Shown: positions 50,535 to 60,305 of the stretch, piece by piece
Layout of the letters: each line of letters opens with the position of its first letter
Numbering within the stretch: the first letter of the stretch is position 1
Position numbers and translations under genes: made by a program
Notes under the pieces: generated by a model
Told to the model about the DNA's origin: nothing
The model's input: the letters and a program-made list of their open reading frames with translations, nothing else
Database searches by the model: none
DNA from: Nitrospirota bacterium
Lineage (GTDB): Bacteria > Nitrospirota > UBA9217
Direction of reading: 5' to 3'
NCBI GenBank assembly: GCA_963663225.1
Contig: OY760142.1
Span: forward strand, 768,001 to 832,000
DNA: 64,000 bases

Positions 50535-50576
50535 GCCCCTCCGGCAGGAGCCGGGGGATTCCTTGTCGCTGGGATT
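50535..50576. repeat. Palindromic dispersed repeat, copy 2
   Basis: CCCTCCGGC-AGGA-GCCGGGGG hairpin plus ATTCCTTGTCGCTGGGATT tail shared with 2876-2900. Confidence 0.7.
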
Positions 50577-50679
50577 GAGTGTTCTTTATGGAAGCAAAGC
50601 AGCCCGGAAGAACAGCGGGCAGTGCCGGAAAACTTTTTTATGTAGAAATATCCCACCGCGCCTGCCGCGCCTTTTTGCC

Positions 50680-50707
50680 TTGACATTTGTCAGCCGTCCC
50701 CTATAAT
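50680..50707 (+). promoter_or_regulatory. sigma70 promoter of gmhA
   Basis: TTGACA-16 nt-TATAAT. Confidence 0.75.
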
Positions 50708-50740
50708 AACCACCGTCTCAAATTTCAGGCGGAATTCACC

Positions 50741-51322
50741 ATGAAAGATGCAATAACGAAGATCTTTGAAGAGAGCGCCCAGCTCAAAATCAAGTTCGTC
50801 CGCGAAAACGTCGATAAGATCATCGACGTTGTGCAGCTGATTGCACAGGCGTTCCGGGAAGGGAAAAAGGTCATTCTGTTCGGCAACGGTGGAAGCGCCA
50901 CTGATGCGTCACATATTGCCGCGGAATTCGTGAACCGCTTCCTGCTGGAGCGGCCGCCGCTCCCCGCAATCGCTCTGAATACGGACGTCGCCGTTCTCAC
51001 CAGCATCAGCAACGACTACGACTACTCTCAGGTATTTTCCAAACAGCTTGCGGCCCTCGGCCATGAAGGCGATGTGGTGATCGGCATCAGCACGAGCGGG
51101 AACTCCCCCAATGTCCTCAAGGCACTGGAAGTAGCGCAAAAGAACGGCCTGAAAAGCGTCGTGCTGACCGGCGGCACGGGCGGCAAGCTTGCAAACATAG
51201 CGGATTACACCTTCATCGTTCCTTCCAAAGTTACGGCGCGGATCCAGGAAACGCATATCACGCTCGGCCACGCCATCTGCCAGATGGTGGATGAAGCGCT
51301 GTTCGGCAATCTGCGGCGGTAG
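50741..51322 (+). CDS. gmhA: D-sedoheptulose 7-phosphate isomerase
   Basis: GNGGSA, SNDY, STSGNS and RIQETH motifs. Confidence 0.96.
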   Translation: MKDAITKIFEESAQLKIKFVRENVDKIIDVVQLIAQAFREGKKVILFGNGGSATDASHIAAEFVNRFLLERPPLPAIALNTDVAVLTSISNDYDYSQVFSKQLAALGHEGDVVIGISTSGNSPNVLKALEVAQKNGLKSVVLTGGTGGKLANIADYTFIVPSKVTARIQETHITLGHAICQMVDEALFGNLRR

Positions 51323-51328
51323 ACGGAC

Positions 51329-52258
51329 ATGAAAAAAATAGACCCTTCCAAAGTAAAAACCTATTCGCTGAAAGGCCGTGCCAGCAAAGTAACGATTGAT
51401 GATTTTTCCAAGCCCTATCAGAAGGGCGGCACCTTCCGCGATTTTCTCTCTTCTCTGCCGGACATCCTGGCTTCCAAACATTTCAAAGACGTTGCTGCGG
51501 CAATCGTTCAAGCCCGGAAGAACAACCGTCCGGTCATGCTCGGGATGGGCGCACATTCGATTAAAGTAGGATTGAGCCCGGTGATCATCAACCTTATGGA
51601 GCGCAATATCATTACCAGCCTCTCGCTGAACGGCGCCGGAATCATCCATGATTTCGAACTTGCGTTCATCGGCCAAACGTCCGAGGACGTTGACAAGGAA
51701 ATTCTCTCAGGCGCGTTCGGCATGGCGGAGGAAACCGGCAGCCTTCTGAACCGGGCAATCCGCTCGGCAGGCGCCGGCGAAGGAATCGGCGCGGCCATCG
51801 GCAAAATGATTCACCAGAGTGATTTCCCGCATAAGGACAAAAGCCTCCTGGCCACCGGACATCGTCTGGGCGTTCCGGTGACCGTGCATGTCGCCATCGG
51901 CACCGACATCATCCATATGCATCCGTCTTTTGACGGGAAGGCGACAGGCGAAGCGTCCCACAGGGATTTCCTCACCTTTTGTTCCCTCGTTGCGGATCTG
52001 GACGGTGGAGTTTATATCAATCTCGGGTCTGCCGTGCTTCTCCCTGAAGTTTTTCTGAAAGCGGTGACCCTTGCCAGAAATCTCGGCCATTCCCTCAGCC
52101 GTTTCACAACGGTAAACATGGATTTTATGCAGCACTACCGTCCGAACACCAATGTCGTTCGGCGCCCCACACAGGGAGGCGGCAAAGGCTATTCGCTCAC
52201 CGGTCATCACGAAATCATGCTTCCCCTGCTTGCAGCCGCAATCATCGAACAGCTGTAG
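51329..52258 (+). CDS. Conserved hypothetical protein with deoxyhypusine-synthase-like features
   Basis: GMGAH..K.GL, NGAGIIHDFE and GSAVLLPEVFLK motifs; starts 6 nt after gmhA. Confidence 0.7.
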   Translation: MKKIDPSKVKTYSLKGRASKVTIDDFSKPYQKGGTFRDFLSSLPDILASKHFKDVAAAIVQARKNNRPVMLGMGAHSIKVGLSPVIINLMERNIITSLSLNGAGIIHDFELAFIGQTSEDVDKEILSGAFGMAEETGSLLNRAIRSAGAGEGIGAAIGKMIHQSDFPHKDKSLLATGHRLGVPVTVHVAIGTDIIHMHPSFDGKATGEASHRDFLTFCSLVADLDGGVYINLGSAVLLPEVFLKAVTLARNLGHSLSRFTTVNMDFMQHYRPNTNVVRRPTQGGGKGYSLTGHHEIMLPLLAAAIIEQL

Positions 52259-52408
52259 GGTTCACCCCGCTTCTACCCGGCACAAACCCGTTCAAAACTG
52301 TCGTTTTTTTTTGCCAATAGTTTTAAAATAGTTTATAGTAACGATCATTTTCGTGACAGCCACGTGTTCCTGATACGGACACGCAGTCACTAGCATCAGG
52401 GAGGAATT

Positions 52409-53623
52409 ATGGCTGCAAAAATAAAGGTGAAACATCCCGTTGTCGAAATGGACGGAGATGAAATGACGAGGATAATCTGGCAGATGATCAAAGACAGACT
52501 TATTCTGCCGTTCCTCGATATTGACCTGAAATATTTTGACCTCGGAATAAAACACCGGGACGACACGGACGATGCCGTCACCAAAGAAGCCGCGCTCGCC
52601 ATAAAAGAATATGGCGTCGGCGTAAAATGCGCGACCATAACCCCGAACGCAGGCCGCGTGGCGGAGTATAACCTCAAAAAAATGTGGGCAAGCCCGAACG
52701 CGACCATCCGGTCCATTCTTGACGGAACAGTGTTCAGAAAACCGATTATCATGAAAAACATCCCGACCGGGGTGAAATCATGGCAGAAGCCGATCGTGAT
52801 AGGCCGTCACGCATATGGAGATATTTATAAGAGCACCGAATATGTCGTTCCCGGAGCAGGCACCGCGGAACTGGTCTTCACCCCTGCGAACGGCGGCGAA
52901 AAAAAGACCCTGACAATCCACCGGTTCGAAGGTCCCGGTGTGGTCATGGGAACGCATAACACCGAAAAATCCATCAGAAGTTTTGCGAAAGCGTGCATCC
53001 AGTATGCCGTTTCGTCAAAAGTAGATCTCTGGTTCGCCACAAAAGACACTGTTTCAAAGCTGTACCACGGCTTTTTCAGAGACATCTTCACGGAAGAAGT
53101 TGCCGGGGCAAAACACCAGTTCGAACAGGCGGGCATCGGATATCACTACTTCCTGATTGACGACGCGGTAGCGCAGATCGTAAAGTCGCAAGGCGGCATG
53201 CTCTGGGCCTGCATGAACTACGACGGCGATGTTATGTCGGATATGGTCGCAACCGGATTCGGGAGTCTCGGCCTCATGACATCGGTCCTCGTGTCTCCCG
53301 AGGGGAAATTCGAGTATGAAGCAGCGCACGGCACGGTGACGAGGCATTATTATCAGCACCTTAAGGGCAATCCGACTTCCACCAACTCTATCGCCTCAAT
53401 CTTCGCCTGGACGGGGGCTCTTGCAAAACGGGGCGAGCTCGACGCCACACCGGACGTCGTCGCCTTTGCAAATACTCTTGAACGGATCATCATTGAAACC
53501 GTCGAAGGCGGCATCATGACAAAAGACCTGACGGCAATTGCACAGCCGCCCGTGTCGCGTCCTGCCCAGACCGGCGAGTTTATCGATGTTGTTGCCGAAC
53601 GGCTTAAAAAGCACCTCAGTTGA
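52409..53623 (+). CDS. icd: NADP-dependent isocitrate dehydrogenase (type II)
   Basis: [23 protein letters not shown] and [11 protein letters not shown] motifs. Confidence 0.97.
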   Translation: MAAKIKVKHPVVEMDGDEMTRIIWQMIKDRLILPFLDIDLKYFDLGIKHRDDTDDAVTKEAALAIKEYGVGVKCATITPNAGRVAEYNLKKMWASPNATIRSILDGTVFRKPIIMKNIPTGVKSWQKPIVIGRHAYGDIYKSTEYVVPGAGTAELVFTPANGGEKKTLTIHRFEGPGVVMGTHNTEKSIRSFAKACIQYAVSSKVDLWFATKDTVSKLYHGFFRDIFTEEVAGAKHQFEQAGIGYHYFLIDDAVAQIVKSQGGMLWACMNYDGDVMSDMVATGFGSLGLMTSVLVSPEGKFEYEAAHGTVTRHYYQHLKGNPTSTNSIASIFAWTGALAKRGELDATPDVVAFANTLERIIIETVEGGIMTKDLTAIAQPPVSRPAQTGEFIDVVAERLKKHLS

Positions 53624-53635
53624 AAGGAGTAGTAC

Positions 53636-55972
53636 ATGGTAGTGCTGTTAAACAAGGGAGTTTATCTTTTACGCGGCGCCGTTGTCGTTGAACAGACGGA
53701 AAGCCTGAACATTCAGGAAATAAACAACCATTTAAAAAATGCACAATACGCTCCGCTGCCGGACCAGGCAATCAGCAGAGAGATGGCCCGAGCCGGCACG
53801 ATCGCATATCAGATTATAAGCGCCCATAACACTTCGGGCGATGGAAACAGCCTGAAGCTGCGCTTTGACGCGCTTGCATCGCATGACATTACCTATGTGG
53901 GAATAGTCCAAACGGCGCGAGCCAGCGGCCTTAAGGAATTTCCCATGCCTTACGCGCTGACAAATTGTCATAACAGCCTGTGTGCTGTGGGCGGAACCAT
54001 CAATGAAGACGACCATATATTCGGTCTTTCCGCAGCGCGGAAGTATGGCGGTATTTTCGTTCCGGCTCATCAGGCGGTCATTCATCAGTATGTCCGGGAA
54101 ATGATGACAGGCTGTGGAAACATGATCCTCGGTTCGGACAGCCATACCCGTTATGGCGCCCTCGGAACCATGGGCATCGGCGAAGGCGGCCCGGAAATCG
54201 TCAAGCAGCTCCTCAGAAAAACATACGATGTCTCGAAACCCGACGTAATCGCAGTTTACCTGGAAGGAAAACCGGCCCCCGGCGTCGGGCCCCAGGATGT
54301 TGCCCTGGCCATCATTAAAGCCGTTTTTAAAAATTCCTTCGTGAACAATAAAATTATGGAATTCGTCGGGCCTGGAATCGCCAATCTCACGGTTGATTTC
54401 AGAAACGGCATTGATGTCATGACCACGGAAACGACCTGCCTGTCATCGATCTGGATCACCGACGAAAACGTGGAAGAATATTATCGGATACATGGACGTC
54501 CCGGCGCATATCGCAAACTGTCCCCGGGCGACGTGAGCTACTATGATGGACTGATCAGACTGGACTTGAGCAAAGTGGAGCCGATGATTGCGCTGCCTTT
54601 CCATCCCAGCAATGCCTGGACCATCGCGGAAGTGAACCGCCATCCGAAGGAAATTCTTGCGGAAGTCGAAGCAGAAGGCCAAAAACAATTGGAAAGCGCC
54701 GCGCTGAAATTCCGGCTGACGGACAAAATCATCGACGGACGTCTGAAAGTCGATCAGGGCGTGGTTGCAGGCTGCGCAGGAGGTACCTTTGAAAATATTG
54801 CCGCCATGGCGGAAATGCTGCATAACAAATCCGTCGGCGCTGGAGATTTTTCCCTCAACGTCTATCCGGCAAGCCAGCCGATATACCTTGACTTGATCAG
54901 GAACGGGTCTATCGAAAAATTAATGACTGCGGGAACAGCTATAAAAACTGCCTTCTGCGGGCCGTGTTTTGGCGCGGGTGACACTCCTGCAAACCAGGGA
55001 CTCAGCATCCGCCATGTCACCAGAAACTTCCCCAACAGGGAGGGCTCCAAACCTTCCGGCGGCCAGATTGCTTCGGTTGCGCTGATGGACGCCCGGTCCA
55101 TAGCCGCAACCACCCTGAACAACGGCTTCCTGACCCCGGCCACTGAGTTTGACGCCCCCGCGGCACCGGCTTATTTTTTCAACGCGCAGGTGTATGAAAA
55201 CCGGGTATATCAGGGCGCGGGAAAGCCGATGCCTCAGGAAGAGTTGAAGTTCGGTCCGAACATTGCGGACTGGCCGAAAATGCTGCCTCTTTCTGAAAAC
55301 CTGCTGCTCAAACTGATCACGGTCATTCATGATCCGATCACCACAACTGATGAACTGATACCTTCCGGTGAGACATCCTCCTACCGGTCCAATCCGATCA
55401 AGCTTGCGGAATTCACACTGTCGCGCAAAGACCCCTCGTACGTTGCGAAAGCAAAATTCGTCCAGGAGCTGGAGTTCTCAAGACGAAAAGCGGTTGAAGG
55501 CGGCGAACTTCCGGATGCATTGAAGGCTGTCTGCACACAGGCATGCGAGGAATGCCGTACCCCCGAGGAGTTGCAGCGTTTCATTGGCAAAACCGGCCTG
55601 GGAAGCGTGATATTCGCAGTCAAACCGGGTGACGGTTCCGCCCGGGAACAGGCGGCCTCCTGCCAGAAAGTCCTCGGAGGGCAGGCGAATATTGCCATTG
55701 AATACGCCACCAAGCGGTACCGCAGCAATCTCATCAACTGGGGCATGCTGCCGTTCACGATAAAAGCGGACGCACAATCCTTACTGTTGCTCGATGCTTA
55801 TATTTACCTTCCCGGCATCCGCAAGGCTGTGCTCAATAAAGAGGATGCAATTGCAGCTTTTGTCATAAGCGGTGGAAGCAGAACTCCGATAGAACTGCAC
55901 CTGCGGAATCTCAGCCAGGATGACCGTGATATCATTTTAGCCGGATGCCTGATCAACTACTACGCCAAATAA
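53636..55972 (+). CDS. Aconitase-family hydratase (YbhJ-like)
   Basis: [39 protein letters not shown] and GSAREQA motifs. Confidence 0.92.
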   Translation: MVVLLNKGVYLLRGAVVVEQTESLNIQEINNHLKNAQYAPLPDQAISREMARAGTIAYQIISAHNTSGDGNSLKLRFDALASHDITYVGIVQTARASGLKEFPMPYALTNCHNSLCAVGGTINEDDHIFGLSAARKYGGIFVPAHQAVIHQYVREMMTGCGNMILGSDSHTRYGALGTMGIGEGGPEIVKQLLRKTYDVSKPDVIAVYLEGKPAPGVGPQDVALAIIKAVFKNSFVNNKIMEFVGPGIANLTVDFRNGIDVMTTETTCLSSIWITDENVEEYYRIHGRPGAYRKLSPGDVSYYDGLIRLDLSKVEPMIALPFHPSNAWTIAEVNRHPKEILAEVEAEGQKQLESAALKFRLTDKIIDGRLKVDQGVVAGCAGGTFENIAAMAEMLHNKSVGAGDFSLNVYPASQPIYLDLIRNGSIEKLMTAGTAIKTAFCGPCFGAGDTPANQGLSIRHVTRNFPNREGSKPSGGQIASVALMDARSIAATTLNNGFLTPATEFDAPAAPAYFFNAQVYENRVYQGAGKPMPQEELKFGPNIADWPKMLPLSENLLLKLITVIHDPITTTDELIPSGETSSYRSNPIKLAEFTLSRKDPSYVAKAKFVQELEFSRRKAVEGGELPDALKAVCTQACEECRTPEELQRFIGKTGLGSVIFAVKPGDGSAREQAASCQKVLGGQANIAIEYATKRYRSNLINWGMLPFTIKADAQSLLLLDAYIYLPGIRKAVLNKEDAIAAFVISGGSRTPIELHLRNLSQDDRDIILAGCLINYYAK

Positions 55973-56020
55973 GAAAACCTCCGGCTTCATGGCGCGGCGC
56001 AGGCATAAGGAACGCAATCC

Positions 56021-56920
56021 ATGATCCTTAAACAAGGCACTTTATGGGATCAACTTTCGAGAGTCACCGAGCGTGCTATTGCCGCGGGCGCGCTTCTGCC
56101 TGTCCCCACGGAATACTCTTTTATCGAAGACAGTGGAATCCGCTTCCTTGTCAGAGTGCTGGCAGGCCTGGCGCAGAAACATGACGCCTGGAAAAAACAG
56201 ATTGCAGCATCCGAGACGGGGAAAACCACAAACCCGTTTCTTCCGCCTGAAAAAGAGCTTACCGTCGCAGACATTTCCGATACGCACGTAGCCGTCCTGA
56301 ACAAATTCAATGTGGTGAGACACCATCTGCTGATCATCACCAGGCAGTTCGAAGATCAGGAATCACTTCTGACGCCTGCAGACTTCGAAGCCTTCTGCCT
56401 GTGCATGGCCGAATTCAACGGTCTGGGGTTCTATAACGGCGGCAGAGCGGGGGGCGCAAGCCAGCGGCACAAACATCTTCAGATAATACCGCTTCCTCTT
56501 GCTCCTGCGGGTCCGGCCATCCCTGTCGAACCGCTGTTTCCCCAAACACCGCCTTATGAACTCAGCACCGTTCCCGTCTTTTCCTTCCTGCACTCGTTTG
56601 TACGATTGGACCGGAGACTCGCGCTGTCTCCGGTTGAAGCAGCTAAAAAAATATTCTCGCTTTACAATATCATGCTGTCCAGCGTCGGCATGACAATCTC
56701 TTCAGCAGACAGTCCCGTCCGCCAATCCATGCCATACTGTTTTCTTGCAACGCGCGACTGGATGCTGCTTGTACCGCGGTCCAGGGAATCGTTTGGAGAT
56801 ATTTCTTTAAATTCGCTGGCCTATGCAGGTTCTTTGTTCGTTCAGAGTGAACACGTGCTTGAAACACTGAAAAGCTGCGGTCCCCTGAACGCGCTGCGCA
56901 GCGTTGCCATGCCAAAGTAA
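56021..56920 (+). CDS. Ap4A phosphorylase / ATP adenylyltransferase family protein
   Basis: NPFLP, LNKFNV, FYNGG..GASQRHKHLQ and LLVPR motifs. Confidence 0.88.
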   Translation: MILKQGTLWDQLSRVTERAIAAGALLPVPTEYSFIEDSGIRFLVRVLAGLAQKHDAWKKQIAASETGKTTNPFLPPEKELTVADISDTHVAVLNKFNVVRHHLLIITRQFEDQESLLTPADFEAFCLCMAEFNGLGFYNGGRAGGASQRHKHLQIIPLPLAPAGPAIPVEPLFPQTPPYELSTVPVFSFLHSFVRLDRRLALSPVEAAKKIFSLYNIMLSSVGMTISSADSPVRQSMPYCFLATRDWMLLVPRSRESFGDISLNSLAYAGSLFVQSEHVLETLKSCGPLNALRSVAMPK

Positions 56921-57097
56921 ATATTGCAATATTTCTGTTTCCGACTTCTCCAGAAATTCCGTCCGTCTCTCATTCCGTCCTCTGACGCTTCCTCCTTCAT
57001 ATGTTGTGATATCATGAAACAAGGAACTGAGGATGCCGCTGATATATTTCATCCAGCGGATGTTATTCATACTACATTCGTACCAAGGAGATTTCCC

Positions 57098-57547
57098 ATG
57101 GACACGATGAAAATTTCGAGTACCGCATTTAACCAGAAAGGGCATGTTCCCGAAAAGTACACCTGCGACGGCGCCGATATTAATCCTCCCCTGAAAATAG
57201 AAAATGTCCCCGCAGGAACAAAGTCACTGGCGCTGATCGTTGACGATCCGGACGCTCCTGCAGGCACCTGGGTGCATTGGGTTGTGTGGAACATCGACCC
57301 GTCCACCCGGGAAATCAAAGAAAATTCCGTTCCAGAAGGCGCTTCTCAGGGCATGACGGATTTTCGAAGGCAGACCTACGGCGGCCCCTGTCCTCCGTCG
57401 GGCACGCACCGCTACTTTTTCAAGCTGTACGCACTCGACTCGCTGCTCACCCCCGGCCCGTGCGCAACAAAAACTGCAGTGGAAAACGCCATGAAGGGCC
57501 GCATCCTCGCCCAGGCTGAACTGATCGGGCTGTATGCACGAAAGTAG
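57098..57547 (+). CDS. YbhB/YbcL (PEBP/Raf kinase inhibitor-like) protein
   Basis: DDPDAP..WVHW and YGGPCPPSGTHRYFF motifs; AAGGAG RBS. Confidence 0.93.
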   Translation: MDTMKISSTAFNQKGHVPEKYTCDGADINPPLKIENVPAGTKSLALIVDDPDAPAGTWVHWVVWNIDPSTREIKENSVPEGASQGMTDFRRQTYGGPCPPSGTHRYFFKLYALDSLLTPGPCATKTAVENAMKGRILAQAELIGLYARK

Positions 57548-57657
57548 CGCCCGATGCTGCAATGTTCCCGGGGGACAGGCTTCTGTTTTTCCGGTGGAAT
57601 CCGCAGCACAAAAAAATATTTTTGTGGACAAGGCGTCGGCGGTTTCCCTGTTTTTGC

Positions 57658-57686
57658 TTGACAAAAAACACACGTTCCTGTAGATT
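57658..57686 (+). promoter_or_regulatory. sigma70 promoter of atpB
   Basis: TTGACA-17 nt-TAGATT. Confidence 0.7.
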
Positions 57687-57733
57687 TTTAGAAATCTCAT
57701 CAGCTATTCCCTTCATTTTCAGGAGCGTGCATT

Positions 57734-58414
57734 ATGAAAGAAGCACCGTTACTTCTCCCCGAACTGCATAACATACCTGCATATGTGACCTATACCTGGC
57801 TGGCCATGGCCATTCTCATCGGTCTCGCGCTTATTGCTCGTTTCACCCTCAAGCGGGATGCTGCGCCGACCGGCATTCAGAACTTTTTTGAAACAATCGT
57901 CGACGGCCTCGAAAATTACGTCGTGGACAACATGGGCCCCGAAGGCAGGCCTTTTTTGTCGCTGATCGGCACCCTGTTCCTGTTCATCCTCGTGTGCAAC
58001 CTGATGGGCCTGATACCGGGATTCGAATCACCGACGGCAAATATCAACACCACGCTGCCGATGGCGATCATCGCGGTGGTCCTGACCCATGTCGTAGGCC
58101 TTAAAAAATGGAGATTTGCCTACATCAAGCATTTTCTCGGCCCCATGTGGGCAATGGCCTGGCTTATGTTTCCGATTGAGCTGATCAGCCATCTTGCCCG
58201 CATCGTTTCGCTCTCGTTCCGTCTTTTCGGCAACATGGTGGCGAAACATCTGCTGCTGCTGGTGCTTTTCTTCCTCTGCCCGTATTTGCTGCAGGTTCCC
58301 ATCCTCGGCCTCGGCTTGCTGGTCGCCTTTGTGCAGGCCGGTGTGTTTGCACTCCTTACCATGCTCTATATAGCGGGTTCTCTGGAAGAGGCTCATCTGG
58401 GAGCCCAGCACTAA
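57734..58414 (+). CDS. atpB: ATP synthase Fo subunit a
   Basis: PTANIN, SLSFRLFGNM and VQAGVFALL motifs. Confidence 0.97.
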   Translation: MKEAPLLLPELHNIPAYVTYTWLAMAILIGLALIARFTLKRDAAPTGIQNFFETIVDGLENYVVDNMGPEGRPFLSLIGTLFLFILVCNLMGLIPGFESPTANINTTLPMAIIAVVLTHVVGLKKWRFAYIKHFLGPMWAMAWLMFPIELISHLARIVSLSFRLFGNMVAKHLLLLVLFFLCPYLLQVPILGLGLLVAFVQAGVFALLTMLYIAGSLEEAHLGAQH

Positions 58415-58525
58415 GATATACTTGACCCCGGCCGGCGAACTCCCGCAAGGGACCGTCCGGGAGGTTGCACCCCGGTGATATCCGGTAAACATTGATGCAA
58501 GTTTTAAAGAAAGGAGACGGAGCGC

Positions 58526-58888
58526 ATGAAAAAAATTACCGCAATCCTCATGCTGGCCTTCATCCTGATGCTCGCCGCCACTGCAGCATTCGCAGCAGCC
58601 GAGGCAGCCCCCGAAGCGGCAAAGCCGACCGATGCATCGCACCTGCAGTTCTATGCATATGTTGAGCTTGCCTGCGCCATTGGTATCGGCATTGCTGCTG
58701 CCGGCGCCGGCGCCGGTATGGGTCATGCCGTCAGCGGTGCAGTTCAGGGTATCGCACGCAACCCGCAAACGATGGGGAAAATCATGACCACGATGATCCT
58801 GGGTCTGGCGTTGATCGAATCGCAGGTGATCTACACCCTGGTCATCATCTTCATCTTCCTCTACAACAACCCGTTCAAAGTTGTCTGA
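58526..58888 (+). CDS. atpE: ATP synthase Fo subunit c with N-terminal extension
   Basis: GxGxG glycine stripe, ARNP loop and LIES motif. Confidence 0.95.
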   Translation: MKKITAILMLAFILMLAATAAFAAAEAAPEAAKPTDASHLQFYAYVELACAIGIGIAAAGAGAGMGHAVSGAVQGIARNPQTMGKIMTTMILGLALIESQVIYTLVIIFIFLYNNPFKVV

Positions 58889-58926
58889 TTCAGCGAAAAC
58901 GGGCACCAGCTGTACAAAACGAACAG

Positions 58927-58955
58927 AAACGGGCGGCCACCTGGCCGCCCGTTTT
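58927..58955 (+). terminator. Intrinsic terminator after atpE
   Basis: AAACGGGCGGCC-ACCT-GGCCGCCCGTTT. Confidence 0.8.
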
Positions 58956-58971
58956 GTTTGGAGATGTTTCC

Positions 58972-60174
58972 ATGAGTGAAACGTTGCAGGACAGATCTTT
59001 CACGCTCTTCTGGGGTGCGCGCGCATCCACTGCCGTTGCTTTTCAGATGTTGAGCGTTGCCGTGGGCTGGCAGATATATGCTCTTACCAACAGCGCGCTC
59101 TATCTCGGACTCGTGGGACTCGCGCAGTTTCTGCCGATGTTTCTGCTGTCTCTCGTAGCGGGGCATGTGGCAGACCGCTATGACCGGCGTGCGGTCACGC
59201 GCATCTGCCAGCTGGTCCAGGGACTTGCGGCCGGAATGCTTGCCTGGGGAAGCTTCTCCAACTGGCTGACGGAAACATCCATCCTGGCATTGGTGTTTAT
59301 TATCGGTGCCTCGCGCGCCTTCGAGGGTCCCACGATGCAGGCATTGCTGCCGAAGCTGGTCCCTTCCCATCTCATACCCAAGGCTGTTGCGTGGTCCTCC
59401 TCGGCGTTTCAAACCGCCACCATCCTCGGCCCCGCGCTCGGTGGATTTCTGTATGCTGCCGGCCCCGCTACAGTCTATACCTGCGCCTGCATACTCTTTT
59501 TGACCGCCAGCACATTTGTGGCCATGATCCGCATGAAAATTCTACCGACGCCGCAGGAACCGATAAGCCTCGCATCCCTGTTTGCAGGAATCACGTTTAT
59601 TAAAAGCCGTCCCGTGGTACTCGGCGCGATATCCATGGATATGTTTGCTGTTCTTCTTGGCGGTGCAACCGCCTTGCTGCCGATTTACGCCCGCGACATT
59701 CTCATGACCGGTCCATGGGGATTGGGACTGCTGCGCTCAGCCCCGGCAATCGGCGCATTAACCATGTCCATGTTTCTGGCCCGCCATCCTCTGAAACAGC
59801 GCGTCGGGAGAACCATGTTTTTCGCGGTCGCGGTCTACGGGATCGCCACCATGATCTTTGCCGTGTCCACCTCGTTCGTCCTTTCTCTTGCTTCTCTGAT
59901 CATACTCGGTTCCGCAGACGTGATCAGCGTTGTCATCCGCCAATCGCTGGTGCAGATCGGGACTCCTGATGAGATGCGCGGAAGGGTCAGTGCGGTCAAC
60001 TCCATGTTCATCGGTACGTCAAACCAGCTCGGGGAGTTCGAATCCGGGATCACGGCAGCATGGTTCGGCGTTGTGCCGTCTGTTCTGATCGGAGGAATCG
60101 GCACCCTTCTTATCGTCATCCTCTGGATACGTTTTTTTCCTCAGCTTCTCCATACCGACACTCTCGGTCGCTGA
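58972..60174 (+). CDS. MFS transporter
   Basis: GHVADRYDRR motif A, about 12 TM segments, PDEMRGRV. Confidence 0.93.
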   Translation: MSETLQDRSFTLFWGARASTAVAFQMLSVAVGWQIYALTNSALYLGLVGLAQFLPMFLLSLVAGHVADRYDRRAVTRICQLVQGLAAGMLAWGSFSNWLTETSILALVFIIGASRAFEGPTMQALLPKLVPSHLIPKAVAWSSSAFQTATILGPALGGFLYAAGPATVYTCACILFLTASTFVAMIRMKILPTPQEPISLASLFAGITFIKSRPVVLGAISMDMFAVLLGGATALLPIYARDILMTGPWGLGLLRSAPAIGALTMSMFLARHPLKQRVGRTMFFAVAVYGIATMIFAVSTSFVLSLASLIILGSADVISVVIRQSLVQIGTPDEMRGRVSAVNSMFIGTSNQLGEFESGITAAWFGVVPSVLIGGIGTLLIVILWIRFFPQLLHTDTLGR

Positions 60175-60305
60175 AACCCGCACACAGCAGTCGGATTCAC
60201 TTCATTACTCGGAAAAAACCGGTTTTCTTTTGATTAAACGCCTGATTTGATATATAATGCCTCCCTGCTGTTAATTCGATTGTCGCACAAGGAGTATGTT
60301 GACCC

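Noticed and set aside
58526-58888. Na+-coupled c-ring suggested by the ES..Y motif
   Set aside because: The first-helix Gln of the Na+ signature is replaced by Met (GAGMGHA), so proton coupling is more likely.
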